DNA of 64,000 bases, taken from assembly GCA_937625935.1 (NCBI GenBank), contig OW569373.1:124001-188000 (forward strand). The letters are read 5' to 3'. Origin of the DNA: Tetramitus jugosus (taxonomy: Eukaryota; Protista; Heterolobosea). Below, one piece after another: positions 11,493 through 23,100 of the stretch. A model generated the notes under the pieces. It was not told where the DNA came from and did no database searches. It worked only from the letters and a program-made list of their open reading frames with translations. Every line of letters begins with the position of its first letter. Positions within the stretch are counted from its first letter, which is position 1. A program made the position numbers and the translations under genes.

Positions 11493-11767
11493 TAGTATTG
11501 TGTTGAACTGCTGGTTTTTGTTGGAGAGAAAACAACACTACTATTGTGATGTTCTTCGCAGAGTGTCTTGGTGCCGTGGTTGACCGTCGTGCGCTAAAAG
11601 AAAATAACCTTCTTTGGAATAGGATGGTGAAAAGATTCTCCTTTGTTGGGGATGGATCCCAATGTATAGTAAGGCAAATAAAATCGAAAGAGACATCAAA
11701 CCACGATCTGGTCCCTGTGGGAAATTCGAATGAGTATAATAACACCGAAAACTACTAAATTCGAACG

Positions 11768-14325
11768 TTAGGGTATCCTTTTCGAGTTGTGACTTAACCT
11801 ACTGGAAAATACCATAGGAGCCACAGAAATTCCGTGTCTGGGTGAGCTGTTGAGAGAATTGGCTCTTGCAAGAACTGCACTCTTGATTAAGGGCAAGTCT
11901 ATTAATTTCTTACTGTTCTTTCTGAGTAATTCCAATGAATCATAACTCGCCTTATTGTTCAAGGCCTGATACGTTCCGTGCATCCTCGGAAGTCGAAAAC
12001 CTAGATTATCACCAATTTCACTCTTCTGTTTCTCAAGGATGGGCGAACTTGACATTGGAATTTCAGATTGAGTATCAGTAACTACTAAAGATTTAGAGGA
12101 GTTGATCCGACTCTGAACTCTTTTCATGTGATTCTCTTTTTCATTTTCAACTCTTCGAGTATGATAAGCCTTCTGCATTTGTTCATACAAACCGCTTGTT
12201 GATTGTTCACCATCTCTTCTCTGAGAGGAGTGTGATATCGAATCGGATTTTCCCAACAATAGGTCTGTTTCAATATAAGTTTTTAAAGAAGAGAAGGCCT
12301 CCTCTTCTGAAAAAGATATACCATGACTTGTTAATGTCACCTTATCATTATAAATTATTTTGTCTCTGATTCTGATCTGTTGTTCCAATTTTTGGATGTA
12401 CAAATCCTTTTCTTTCAATGCATTTGATTTTACCTTGGAAGAAGTGGTAAGTTCCGAGATTTCCAGATCTTGTAATTGCGTTCTGTACAACAGCTCAAGA
12501 ATCGCTTTCAGTTCTGGAGTATTCGCAGCAACTTGAAGACTTTTGCGTAAAATAAGAGCGGCTGATTCCAATTTCGTGAGCCTCATCTCGTGTTCTTTTA
12601 TGACTTCTGCATTACTCTGAATATTCTGAGTCATCATTGAAATATCTCGTCTTAATCGTAAGTTATCTCTCATGGACTCTCTGAGTTTAGAGAATTCAGT
12701 TCTTGAAATCTCTTCCTGGCTTCTATCGATTACAAGCTTGGTTTCTCGATCTTGAGTTTCTAAATCTATAATTGACTGTCTTATCTGTAGTCTGTCCTCA
12801 AAATTATCGACAAAATCCTTTTTCAACTTGTGGAACAAGGAGTTTTCACTAAAAGATGAGGGAGAGGTACCCTTCTTATCATGATGTAACCTCTGTTTTA
12901 GGTCTCGTATTTCGGATCTCAAGGCCGCCACTATCTTCTCATACTCAACAATGTGGTGATTTACGCTGAGTTCATTCCTAGTCACCTTTGTTTTGATATT
13001 CTTGGCTCTATTGGCATATTTTAGTGTGTTTATGGTATCTTCCATGGTTACATGACTAGGAGCTATGGTAGCAATCATAACTGTCCGACAATTTCCTCCT
13101 AACGAGTCCTTGAGTAACCGAGTTAGCTTGCTATCTCTGTAGGGAACATACGAGCCCTTGTTTTGTCGATCTCCTAAAGCATTTATACAATTTCCAAGGG
13201 CAAGGAGTGAGCGATTGATATTTGCTCCCTCTAATAATCTTAGACCCCTATTCTGACTCACTGCAGCTCTCTCTGACCCAGCAAGGTCTATTAATGATAA
13301 TTTGCCGATTTGAACAGTTTCGTTCGTGTCTCTCGTCCTATCTCGTTGTTCGACAACAACTTGCAACACCGCGTGAGACCTCGAAGATTCTTCGTTCATA
13401 TTAGTGGGTTCTTGCGTCCGATTTCTATTTCCTTTCTTCAACAGAACCATAACTTCATCAGCACTATTTGCCTGATATTCTGTTACTCCAATGATTTTTA
13501 CTCCCTTTGTTGAGTCTTCTCTTAGATCAAGAACTTCTGTATTGCTGGGATTTAATAAGTCTCGTATCGTTTCATTATAGATTTCGATGTACGACAAGGA
13601 AATTTTGTAATCTTTGCCTTCGTGACCTTCTGCCATCTCAAATAACATTTGAAGGGTTAGCAGCATTAGTCCGGGTTCGTTCTCCGATCCCAACATTGTA
13701 AAAGTCTTTCCTGATCCTGTTGCACCATATGCAAAGACAGTTGCGTTGTATCCATTCAATACTCCCTCTAACAGAAATCTACATTTAGAATGTGAGTCAC
13801 TGTTATCCTGAGAATTTAATTATGAAAAGTGGAAACTTACGATACGGATTGTTTAAAAACATCTAATTGACTCGTGCACTCATCAAACACATAATCGAAC
13901 GCATATCGCTTCTCTCTGTTCCTATTCATCCGAAGAACATCATCAGAATCCACTCCTGGATCCAAAACAACAACAATCTTTTTGTTCAGCACACGTATTA
14001 TATCTCTGCATCCTTGATCTTTTTCCTTCCTGAGTAAAGGCCTCACTCTGAGTGCCACAAAAACAGTCGATTGTCCAGAGCTCATTCGGTCTTTCATGTC
14101 ATTTTTTGTTATTCTCTGATTAGTATTCACATCCATGGATGTATCACTTCTGATCGATGGAGTAGATAAATGAACATTCCTTCGAGGTGTATGAATCGTT
14201 CGTTTATTCTTTGAGCCTTTTGTCGAGGAATGTCGCTTCTTGGAGGACGAGGACTTCTTTTTCTTCCGTTTCTCTCCCTTGCTCATATCTGAAGCTCTAA
14301 CATCTATTCTCTTCTCAACAGCCAT
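11768..14325 (-). CDS. Kinesin-8 family (KIF18/KIF19-like) motor; exons 13841-14325 and 11768-13778
   Basis: VALRVRP, YAFDYVFD, AYGATGSGKT, SSRSH, DLAGSER, HVPYRDSKLTRLL-like motif, GGNCRTVMIA; intron 13779-13840 (GTAAGT..TAG); the 3' end may extend through further introns. Confidence 0.92.
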
Positions 14326-14593
14326 CTCACAAAGATTATCTTGTGAGAACCACCTTTCCTGTTGGTTGTTTCTGTCCTGAGAATGGCGCCATTTCTAACT
14401 TCGGAGAAATTTCTTACAGATGTTCGTTGCTGGTTGTGTACGACCGACTTGTTTTGATGAGAAGGTTCAAGTACAGAACGAACGAGAGATGTTTGGTTGG
14501 ATTGGGATGAAGTCTGATTGTCCAGCTTACAAAAAAGGTTAATGTTGGAACTGATCGGATAAGTAGGAATGCGAAACAACCCTCATTCGGTTT

Positions 14594-16015
14594 TTATTCA
14601 TCGTCGTCGTCTTTGAACAGAGTAACCCAGTAGTCGACACAAGTTTGGACAGAACTCACAAATTTCCTTCCATAGTGGACTTGTTTCGAGACAACTTCGG
14701 TAGAAACTTCGATTCCAGTTCCAAAGTCATCGACCATGCTCGTTGGAATGGTGATTGCGACTCGATGACAATGAGTGTCACCAACGTTCAACTCTGCTTG
14801 CCAGTATCGAACAGTGAAGCTCTTGGTCAAAGGGTTGTACTTGAGAGAAACTGGAGAATAGGGTTCACGAGTCTGCCTATACATCATCTCATTCAAATCC
14901 TCAAACAATCCCTCTCCCATCTTACTCACTTCTTCATTCACGTTCTCTGTCATATGAATCACATTGTACAAGTGAGGCTTGTAACCTACATAGTGCCTAA
15001 AAAATTTGTTCAAAATTTGCTGTTGGATATGGACATCGAATTGAGAGAAACATATGGCTCTCAGAAATCCGTTCCATGGGTTGAGAGGAGCTGATTCATA
15101 TGCCATACGGTACACTTGACTTGACTGATCCACCAGAGAGAAAAACTCTGGTTGACTCAAGTTTAACAACCGCGAGATGTTGTCATAGTAGGGTTTCAAA
15201 GTCGTTGTAACCAACTGGCTCAACGGACATTTTTGAGCAAAGAATTGAACTACTTGACTCTCAATCAATGAATTGTTGAATAATGTAGTTGTTTTCTCAC
15301 TCTTTCGACTCCCTTCAGGACAATGCTCCTCTTGTAGTTCATTGCATGGTTCTTCGCCAGTCTCTAGTACCTTGAATGGCATGTTTGATGACCACCTGTT
15401 ATGCAGGTGAGGAATAAACGGTGTAGAATCCTTGTTGATGACAACGACAGGTACATCTTGATTTTCACAACCGAGTTTCTTCCTTAACGATCTCATATTT
15501 ACATAACTTCTCTCAGTGATGACAACAACACCGTCCAGCGGCTTGAACGAGTTGTCTGGTTGGATGTTGGGCCTACAGAACTCAAAGTGCATTCTCATCA
15601 TTAATCTTTCTGTTCGAGTCTTCCTAGATTCATTGTAGTCATCGTCTGTCGACACGTCATCAGTTTCTCCTTCAATCTTTACAATTTTTTCAACTTCGAC
15701 ACATCTCTTGTTCACATCGCTCATGTTGTTCAAACCAAACAATGGTTCTTTGAGAGGAAAAGCCGTCACATTGGAGCTCCTTGGAATGTAAGTCACAAGA
15801 ATCTCGAGAACAGGTCTATAGTATGGAGCAAACTCTTGAGACAGGATGGTGTTGTGCAAGCGATGATTGAGTGTTGTCAACGTTTTCAACGTCAGAGTGT
15901 CCAAATAGGGGATCACATTGGACCAGAACTCGTTGGAGTTGACAAAGTGTCCATGTTCTTCCTTAACGATCCTCCTATTGATTGTGGGCAATTGTTGCAT
16001 ACTTGTCACTTCCAT
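14594..16015 (-). CDS. Hypothetical protein with F-box-like N-terminal motif
   Basis: NEFWSNVIPYLDTLTLKTLTTLNHRLHNTI resembles the F-box consensus; first ATG at 16015. Confidence 0.5.
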   Translation of the reverse strand: MEVTSMQQLPTINRRIVKEEHGHFVNSNEFWSNVIPYLDTLTLKTLTTLNHRLHNTILSQEFAPYYRPVLEILVTYIPRSSNVTAFPLKEPLFGLNNMSDVNKRCVEVEKIVKIEGETDDVSTDDDYNESRKTRTERLMMRMHFEFCRPNIQPDNSFKPLDGVVVITERSYVNMRSLRKKLGCENQDVPVVVINKDSTPFIPHLHNRWSSNMPFKVLETGEEPCNELQEEHCPEGSRKSEKTTTLFNNSLIESQVVQFFAQKCPLSQLVTTTLKPYYDNISRLLNLSQPEFFSLVDQSSQVYRMAYESAPLNPWNGFLRAICFSQFDVHIQQQILNKFFRHYVGYKPHLYNVIHMTENVNEEVSKMGEGLFEDLNEMMYRQTREPYSPVSLKYNPLTKSFTVRYWQAELNVGDTHCHRVAITIPTSMVDDFGTGIEVSTEVVSKQVHYGRKFVSSVQTCVDYWVTLFKDDDDE

Positions 16016-16301
16016 TGTATCTGTTGATATGGTTGAGTGTATTTGTTTTGTTGTGGTTGATCTTTTTTGTTGTTGGGACGTTGTTGATAAAAATGCTTGA
16101 TCCACAAAGGACTTTATCGGATCGAATACCGGGAAGAATCAATGATCTTTTTGTAAAAAGATCTCGGTCAACCCAATAAAAGAACGGTGTATCATTTTTT
16201 ACGCGGAAGTACTTCCCCTGGAAGAAGTTTGAACTATCGAAAACAGATCTGTGGACAGGGACCGCTTCCAGGGAATAGCCAAAAATTGAAAATGTGTTTA
16301 T

Positions 16302-17096
16302 TCACTCTAATTGAATCTGATCGAACGAAGTTACAGTTTCAAAGGGATGTTGTGGTGGCAGTGCTGCAGTGCTAGGTCTAACACTAAGAACAACGTGCCA
16401 TCCTGCATCCTTTGCTGCAAATGCTTCCTGAATATTGTCTGTCAAGAACAGAATGTTCTCAGGAGCAACTTGAATATCACTTGCAATCACTTTGTAGCTC
16501 TTGGCTTCGAGCTTTGATCCAGGATGAACCGTGTCGAAATATCCACCAAACAATGGCGTCAAATCATTCGACTCATTGTGTTTTTGATTCGAATAACCAA
16601 ACAACAACTTTTGAGCAAAGACACTTCCACTTGAATACACGTAAAGCGATTTTCCCGCTTCTTTCCATCGGGCAAACATTGGCACTACATCGGAATAAAC
16701 TTCACCGACAACATTGCCCGACTCGTAACCAAATTTCCAAATGTGTCCCTGTAGTTGCTTAAGCGCGGCCATTTTTCGATCCAACATCATGTTGTGCTCC
16801 ACGTTGCGCACTACTTGATCAATCAGAGTGTCCTTTGCTGCATGGATATCAATCTTTGGAGGAGTATTGATGGTGGTGGTGGTGGTGACGGATCTTTCAA
16901 TGTCCTCTGCAGCTTGCTCAGCCAACAATGCAATGTCATTTCTTGTTTCATCCGATTCAAAATTGACAGTCAAATGATGTCTGAGGTTCGATTTTGCAAA
17001 TGGAAAAAGTGTTTCATGGACAAATGTGATTGGAGTAGTTGTACCCTCGATATCTGTCACAATTGCTTGGATGTTGTTCAATGTTATCGTTGTCAT
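16302..17096 (-). CDS. ENOPH1: Enolase-phosphatase E1 (methionine salvage, HAD family)
   Basis: DIEGTTTPITFVHETLFPFA, LKQLQGHIW, YSSGSVFAQKLLF, LFLTDNIQE. Confidence 0.95.
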   Translation of the reverse strand: MTTITLNNIQAIVTDIEGTTTPITFVHETLFPFAKSNLRHHLTVNFESDETRNDIALLAEQAAEDIERSVTTTTTINTPPKIDIHAAKDTLIDQVVRNVEHNMMLDRKMAALKQLQGHIWKFGYESGNVVGEVYSDVVPMFARWKEAGKSLYVYSSGSVFAQKLLFGYSNQKHNESNDLTPLFGGYFDTVHPGSKLEAKSYKVIASDIQVAPENILFLTDNIQEAFAAKDAGWHVVLSVRPSTAALPPQHPFETVTSFDQIQLE

Positions 17097-17186
17097 CTGT
17101 TTTTTTTTGGTCTTTGTTGAGTGAAATTTGAACAATCGGAGAAGAAGGATCGGAGTTTTTATTCAGTTCCTTAAGACACTGTGTCT

Positions 17187-20100
17187 TTACTGCAGCAATA
17201 CATTGACGTTTCTGGCTTCTGTGGCAACAGTGGTGAAATCTGTATCAATGGCCTTGCAATGAGTAATCGCGTACAGCAGTCTGTTCTTCAATACAGTTTG
17301 AGAAGAGTATGGAGGTAGCTCTATGGAGAAGAAGCAGGTGTGAGAGAGTGGTAGCACACCGTCTGGGTTTGGTCGATCGAGTTTTTGAATCTTCATGTGA
17401 TGAGTGAAGCCTTCATCGGTAATTGGCAACCGAGATCTACCCCAAACAAAGCGCAAGTAGCTGCTTCGGTCCTTTGAATCAAACGCTTCGAGCACACTCC
17501 AAAAGTCTTTCACTTCTCTGCTGTTCACTGTGTATCCCTCGTAGATGGTGTGCTTCTTCAGCACTGTTAGGTCAATGTCTGGTGAGCCACAAATGAGCAT
17601 TTCTAGTTCGTGCCATGAGAACATTGGGAAGAAACGAGGTGTTATGATCGAGATCAGACCTTCCTTGATTGCCAATATTTGAGTTTTCAATTCGTTCAGT
17701 CTGTACTGTTCAACCATGTTGGCATACTCGTGTCTTCTCTCCCATGTCACAGTTTGTTTCTTACCACCCTTGATCAACTCTACCTCAACACTATCAGATC
17801 CAACAGTGGTGAATGTTTCATAAATGGTGGAACTGAAGGTGTCCTCTGTGATTCCTTCTTCTTCAATCTTTCTTAGAGAGTTCATGCCTTGATAGCACAT
17901 AAGATCGATTGCTTCCAAGTCCTTGATTGTGATTTCTTCTTTCACCAGTGCCTTCCAGAACAAAGATGGCATATCGAGCGGCAAGACATTCTTTGACAAT
18001 AATCCAATGCCCAACAGCTGGCCCATGAAACGGAACCAAGCTAGATACTTGTCACTTGTGGCCTGAGGATTAGGAATGAACTTCTCTCTGTTTTCTCCAA
18101 TAGCATGGCGCTGGTTAGGTACAGGAATGAGGAGATCCAGTTGAGTAGTTTGTAACTCCATACAGATTTGAGTGAGACTCTCACGGAATGGACCACCATA
18201 GTCATCGGCAGACTCGCCCAAGAAAGTAACCTTCCAAGCACCTCCCTTTCTGGAGAGAACTCTTGGATTCATTGCTTGCACTTGACCATATGCCTGATTG
18301 AACAAAGAATTGAGAGAATAGGTAACTGGATCCTCATGGAACTCTGATGCTCTATGTCTGTTAAGTTTTAAGGAAATTGGCTGAACATTGGCAGTAGTTT
18401 CAATGGCACTCTTGGTCACCGTGTGTAGCCATGCATCCATTTTCACTGACTTGAAGATTCGTTCTCTTATGTTTGCAATCATTGTTGAGAGACCTTCTGA
18501 ATTTCGCTTCTTGTCAACTGAATCCAGATTTAGCATGTACAATACTCTAGACAGCTTTCTATTCAATAACTTCAGAATGATAAATCGATATCGAAGACTT
18601 TTCAAAGACATCGCCTGAAGGTGATTCAGAGATGTTAACTGAGCCTCTGAGGGATTCAATTCACGCCACTCGAGCGATTGCCATCCATTGCAGAAGTTCT
18701 CTACGTATTCCACAAGTTGAGCATCGTTAAATTTGTTCCACTCTCCCATCAAACTCTTGATATCTTCCATGGATTTTTGAATTTTGAGATCATTGAACTT
18801 ACTAACACTGTCAGAGGAACTGACACTGAACATATAACCCCAATGAGTATCAATTTCTTTTTCGTATACGAGACCATAAGGCAATGCATTCGGTGGCATT
18901 TGAGCCTTGGGAGGAAGCGGACGAATGCAACGCAAGAACACGTGCATGCGGTCATGATGCTTGTATTCTTCATCTGCACACTTTTCACACAAATTGTAAT
19001 CCTCACAATTCTCGCACCAGTAGCGAACTCCTCGGATAGGATTCGCACCACATCCGTTACATTTAACTCCAACATGAACATTGCCTCTAAACTGAGCTGT
19101 ACATATCCATCTGTTTGGATACAAATGAGGCAAAGAAGCAGGTACACAATCAACTGGTCGTCGAATCTTCAAGAATAGATGAGTTTCGTTGTGCAACCTC
19201 GACTTGCGGATACATTTTTCACATAAATCATAATCATCACACTCTGTGCAATGATATCGTACGCCTGTAATAACAGAGCTACAATTGTTGCAAGTACACT
19301 CATGATCTCCTCCCATTGACTTGAACGTGTAATAAAGTTTGCTACCATGGACAATCAAAGTCTTATCCTTCAACTCATCACCACCATATGATCCAAGGTC
19401 ATCTCCACCCTTAAACCTGCTCGAGAAGAGTAATCTGTCACTCTTATGTGTTTTACTGTGCTTATCAAACGAAATGAAGATAGTCTTTGCCCCTGAAATG
19501 CTAATCTCTCCTGAGTCATTGATGACTGAGTAAGGATGAGCACTTTCTCTATAGAACACCTTCTTCCTTTTCTCCAGTGCAGCCTCAAACAAGACCCAGT
19601 CAGGAAGTTCAGTGCTGAAAGCAAAACATGCACACAACTCTCTGACAATGGCTAATTGATCCACCCAGGCAACATGTTCAAACCAATCTGATGGATTCAA
19701 GTTCATGCGAGCTGCTGGCACCAATGAAGAACTACTCAATGAATCTCTCCAAACAAGGTGTTTAGCGCTGTCTGCATCACACTTAGAATGGTCTTGGGAA
19801 TTATACTTTGGAGCACTACTACTTCGAGTGCAATGCGTACAAGCAGCACAATGCTTGACCAACTTTCCAGCAAAAATATCCTCCTGCATAGTATAAAAGT
19901 GATTTTTTCGGTTCTCAATGGCAGGGAATGCGTTGATGCAAAGATCGTGGGCAATAAACATGCGCATTGATGACATAAAGTCTATCATCGAGTGGAATAT
20001 TGGCAATGGAGATGCTTCTCGGTCATGATGAATATGATAGGCATGATGCAAATCTTCCAGTTCAAGTCTAAAGTGTTTCAATAGAATCAAAGATGGGCGA

Positions 20101-23100
20101 TCTGGAATTCTGCAGAATTTGAAGATAACTTTTGTAATATTGCTCACTGCATCAGTTAAGCTTCCCTTGAATGGAACAAATGGTGCCAACAAATACTTCA
20201 TTCCTAACTTGAATGAGTGTTTCAAATCTGCCGTGAGCCATCTCTCCTCCGATGCAGTCCTCAAAACAACTGAAGCAACAGCCAAATTAGGTTGTGAAAG
20301 AGCCATTTGTTCTGGAAGAACAAATGAAGCAGGAGTAGCATCAAACTGGAAACCAGTTCCCTCACGCAAATGACTAGCTTGGAACTCGAACCAGATACGA
20401 TCAGAACAAATGACAAATCTTCTTGGTAGCTGAGTGTTACCTTTGAATTGAAGACATTGCTTTCTACCCTGTGAATCGAAGTAGAATGTCAATTGATCGT
20501 GCTGAGAGAGTTCACATCTCTCATCAAATAGAATACAAATGGATGACACACCACAGAATCGTATTGGGATCCGAGTACTATTCATGGCAGATTTAAATAC
20601 AACTCTTCTATGATAAGGTGCACCAGAAATAGTGTTATTGAGATCATTCAATGCCTCTGTGACGACTCCATCAAAAATAGGGATAATTTGATTATTGACC
20701 GATAGTTTGCTCAATTTCAACCTTGCCAGCAACTGTTGAAGTTTCTCAGACAAATCAACATGATTGGCCACAAAAGTGTGTTGCTGGCCATGGTACTGAT
20801 CAACGAAAAGCAACTTGATAACCTTGTACAAATTATCTGTGGTCATGAAGGTACTCTCCAATTCAAGTGGTGACTTCAAATTGGTGAATAGGGCAGACAA
20901 CAACTTTCGACAATACATCGAACTGATAGATTTGTAATAGGTCAAAGATCCTGAACCTAATTCCAACAGAGAGAGCGATTTCAAGTCTTGAGGCGGTGTG
21001 AGCAAGTTTTGAGTCTTGACAAAGGAGGATAAGTGAGTTCCTGTGTGAGTATCCCAGGACTGAATATAAGCACCATTGAGCAATTTTCTTGTCACAACAC
21101 CCACAGAGCTCTTCATTCTGTCTAATTGACTATTTGTTCCCTTCTCATCGGTCATACTTGGATTTACAACCAAAATATCATCAATACAAACATTGTGAAT
21201 TTGAACATCACTGAACATGTTCTCATTCACCTTGACCTCAAGATTAAGTAATAGTCCCTTTGTAATCATAGATCGCAGTTCATCCTGATTACAATCAGCA
21301 CCAATGAAAGCAGTTCCCTTTTCCAGTTGCTCCTCGTTGTTGTCGAGAACCTCTTCCATTAGAGGTTTGTTCTCGCTCAACAGCCAATTGAGAGCCATAT
21401 TCACATCATCCTGACTTAACTTGAGCGCAAAATGACACATTTCTCGCTCAAAGCCCATGGTAATCAATTGATCAGCCAATTGATCTCTAATGGGTCCTGA
21501 TCGACTTCTATGCAAGAATGAAAGAGCAGAGTTTGGATCATTTGGATATATCTCTATCGCTTTCTCGCAAAGTTTGGCCGGAAAGCCAAGCAACAAAAAT
21601 TCTCTTAGAAGTTGCTTTGTATCATGTTGTGGTTGAGTAGCATTGCTGTTAATGCTCTTTTCAACAGGATGAACAGTTGGCTGACTAACTGACTTTGGTC
21701 GAGAGGCAAGAGGCTTGTATGACTTTGCTAGATTAAATTGGAATGGACGACTGCCAAAATTGGCTCGAATGGTTGCCTTGTTGCCTCTTAGGATAACAAC
21801 TGGGAAGTAGGTCTTGCCATCTGTCGGTATATGGAAAGCATTGCCCAAATTTAAACCATTCTTGGTGAAAAATATAGCCTTATGCTCCTTGCTCCATCCA
21901 CAACCAATGACATCCGCCTTGCTACCAGATGAACTGTAAGCTGATTTGTACAATTTGGTTCCAAGGAACAAATGACCACTGTTCACATGGAAAGTGAAGC
22001 TTGACTCTAGAACCTCAGGCCAATGCTTGTTCACATTCACTTCTTCGGACAAACCAAGAGCGATAGTGCCCGAAGGTTGTCCGTAGTTGACAACTTCAAT
22101 TTCAAAGTAGAATCCAGGCCAAGAGAGAGGAATGTAATAGTCAGATCCCAACATTGAAAATAGGGTTGCTGAATAGAAGTCGTAAGTAATATCAGAATCA
22201 GAATCAATTCTATATCCAGCACGAGCATTCAAAGGTTTAAAGCATGATGGGCCTACATTTTCCTCCTGGACCATAGTTGACTTGGTAACGGCGAATAATG
22301 GAGCATGAGGATTATTTTGATTCTTGAGAAGTTGGAAGACTGGCATAAGTCTTTGAAGACGCAAACACATTGATTGCATCCTCTGAAGCGTGAGTATTGG
22401 ATCAGCTGGCGCTTTCCTTAGAGACTTGCAGCTAAACTTGCCCTCCCCTGCTCCACAGTCACAATAGAACTCGCCAATTTCAGGATTACCGAGCTTGTGA
22501 CCTCTGTGACACGTTCTAGCGCAAACAGCACAGACAGCTCGAGAGTTTGACATTCCACATGTCAAACAAGAGTAGTAATGCTGCTTTGTGAACTGCTTTC
22601 CAGTGAAGGAGAAAGAACATGCATCAAGTTTTAGCTCCTTGCCGTAGGTTATTTGCGTCGGCATTTCAGCAAAAGACAAGATCGTGGAAAGTTTGTTACT
22701 TCTGAGCAATATATCCAAATAATATTCTTGGGTAGAAAGCAAGTCCATTACTCCCAGGCATCGCATCCACATATTAGAGAAGAGAAGGAGATAATTATCT
22801 TCTGTCCTATTCTGAGATACACGTTCTTTTGTCACAAATTTTCCACAACATTCAATAAAATTAATGAGTGACAGTACTGTCGTTTCATTAATGCTGACAT
22901 GTGCAAGATTTAACGTATCGTGAGTTTTCACTCTTACGTTTTCTGATGGCACAGTGTGTACTCTATGGAGTGTTTTGTCGTTAAGCAACTCTACTTGAAC
23001 ACAATGCTTATCCTCTTCGACTAGTGTAATTCTAGCATCCATCCATTTTCCGTTCATATCAACTAGAATTTCCTCACCTGACTCAGGTATGTAGGAGAAT

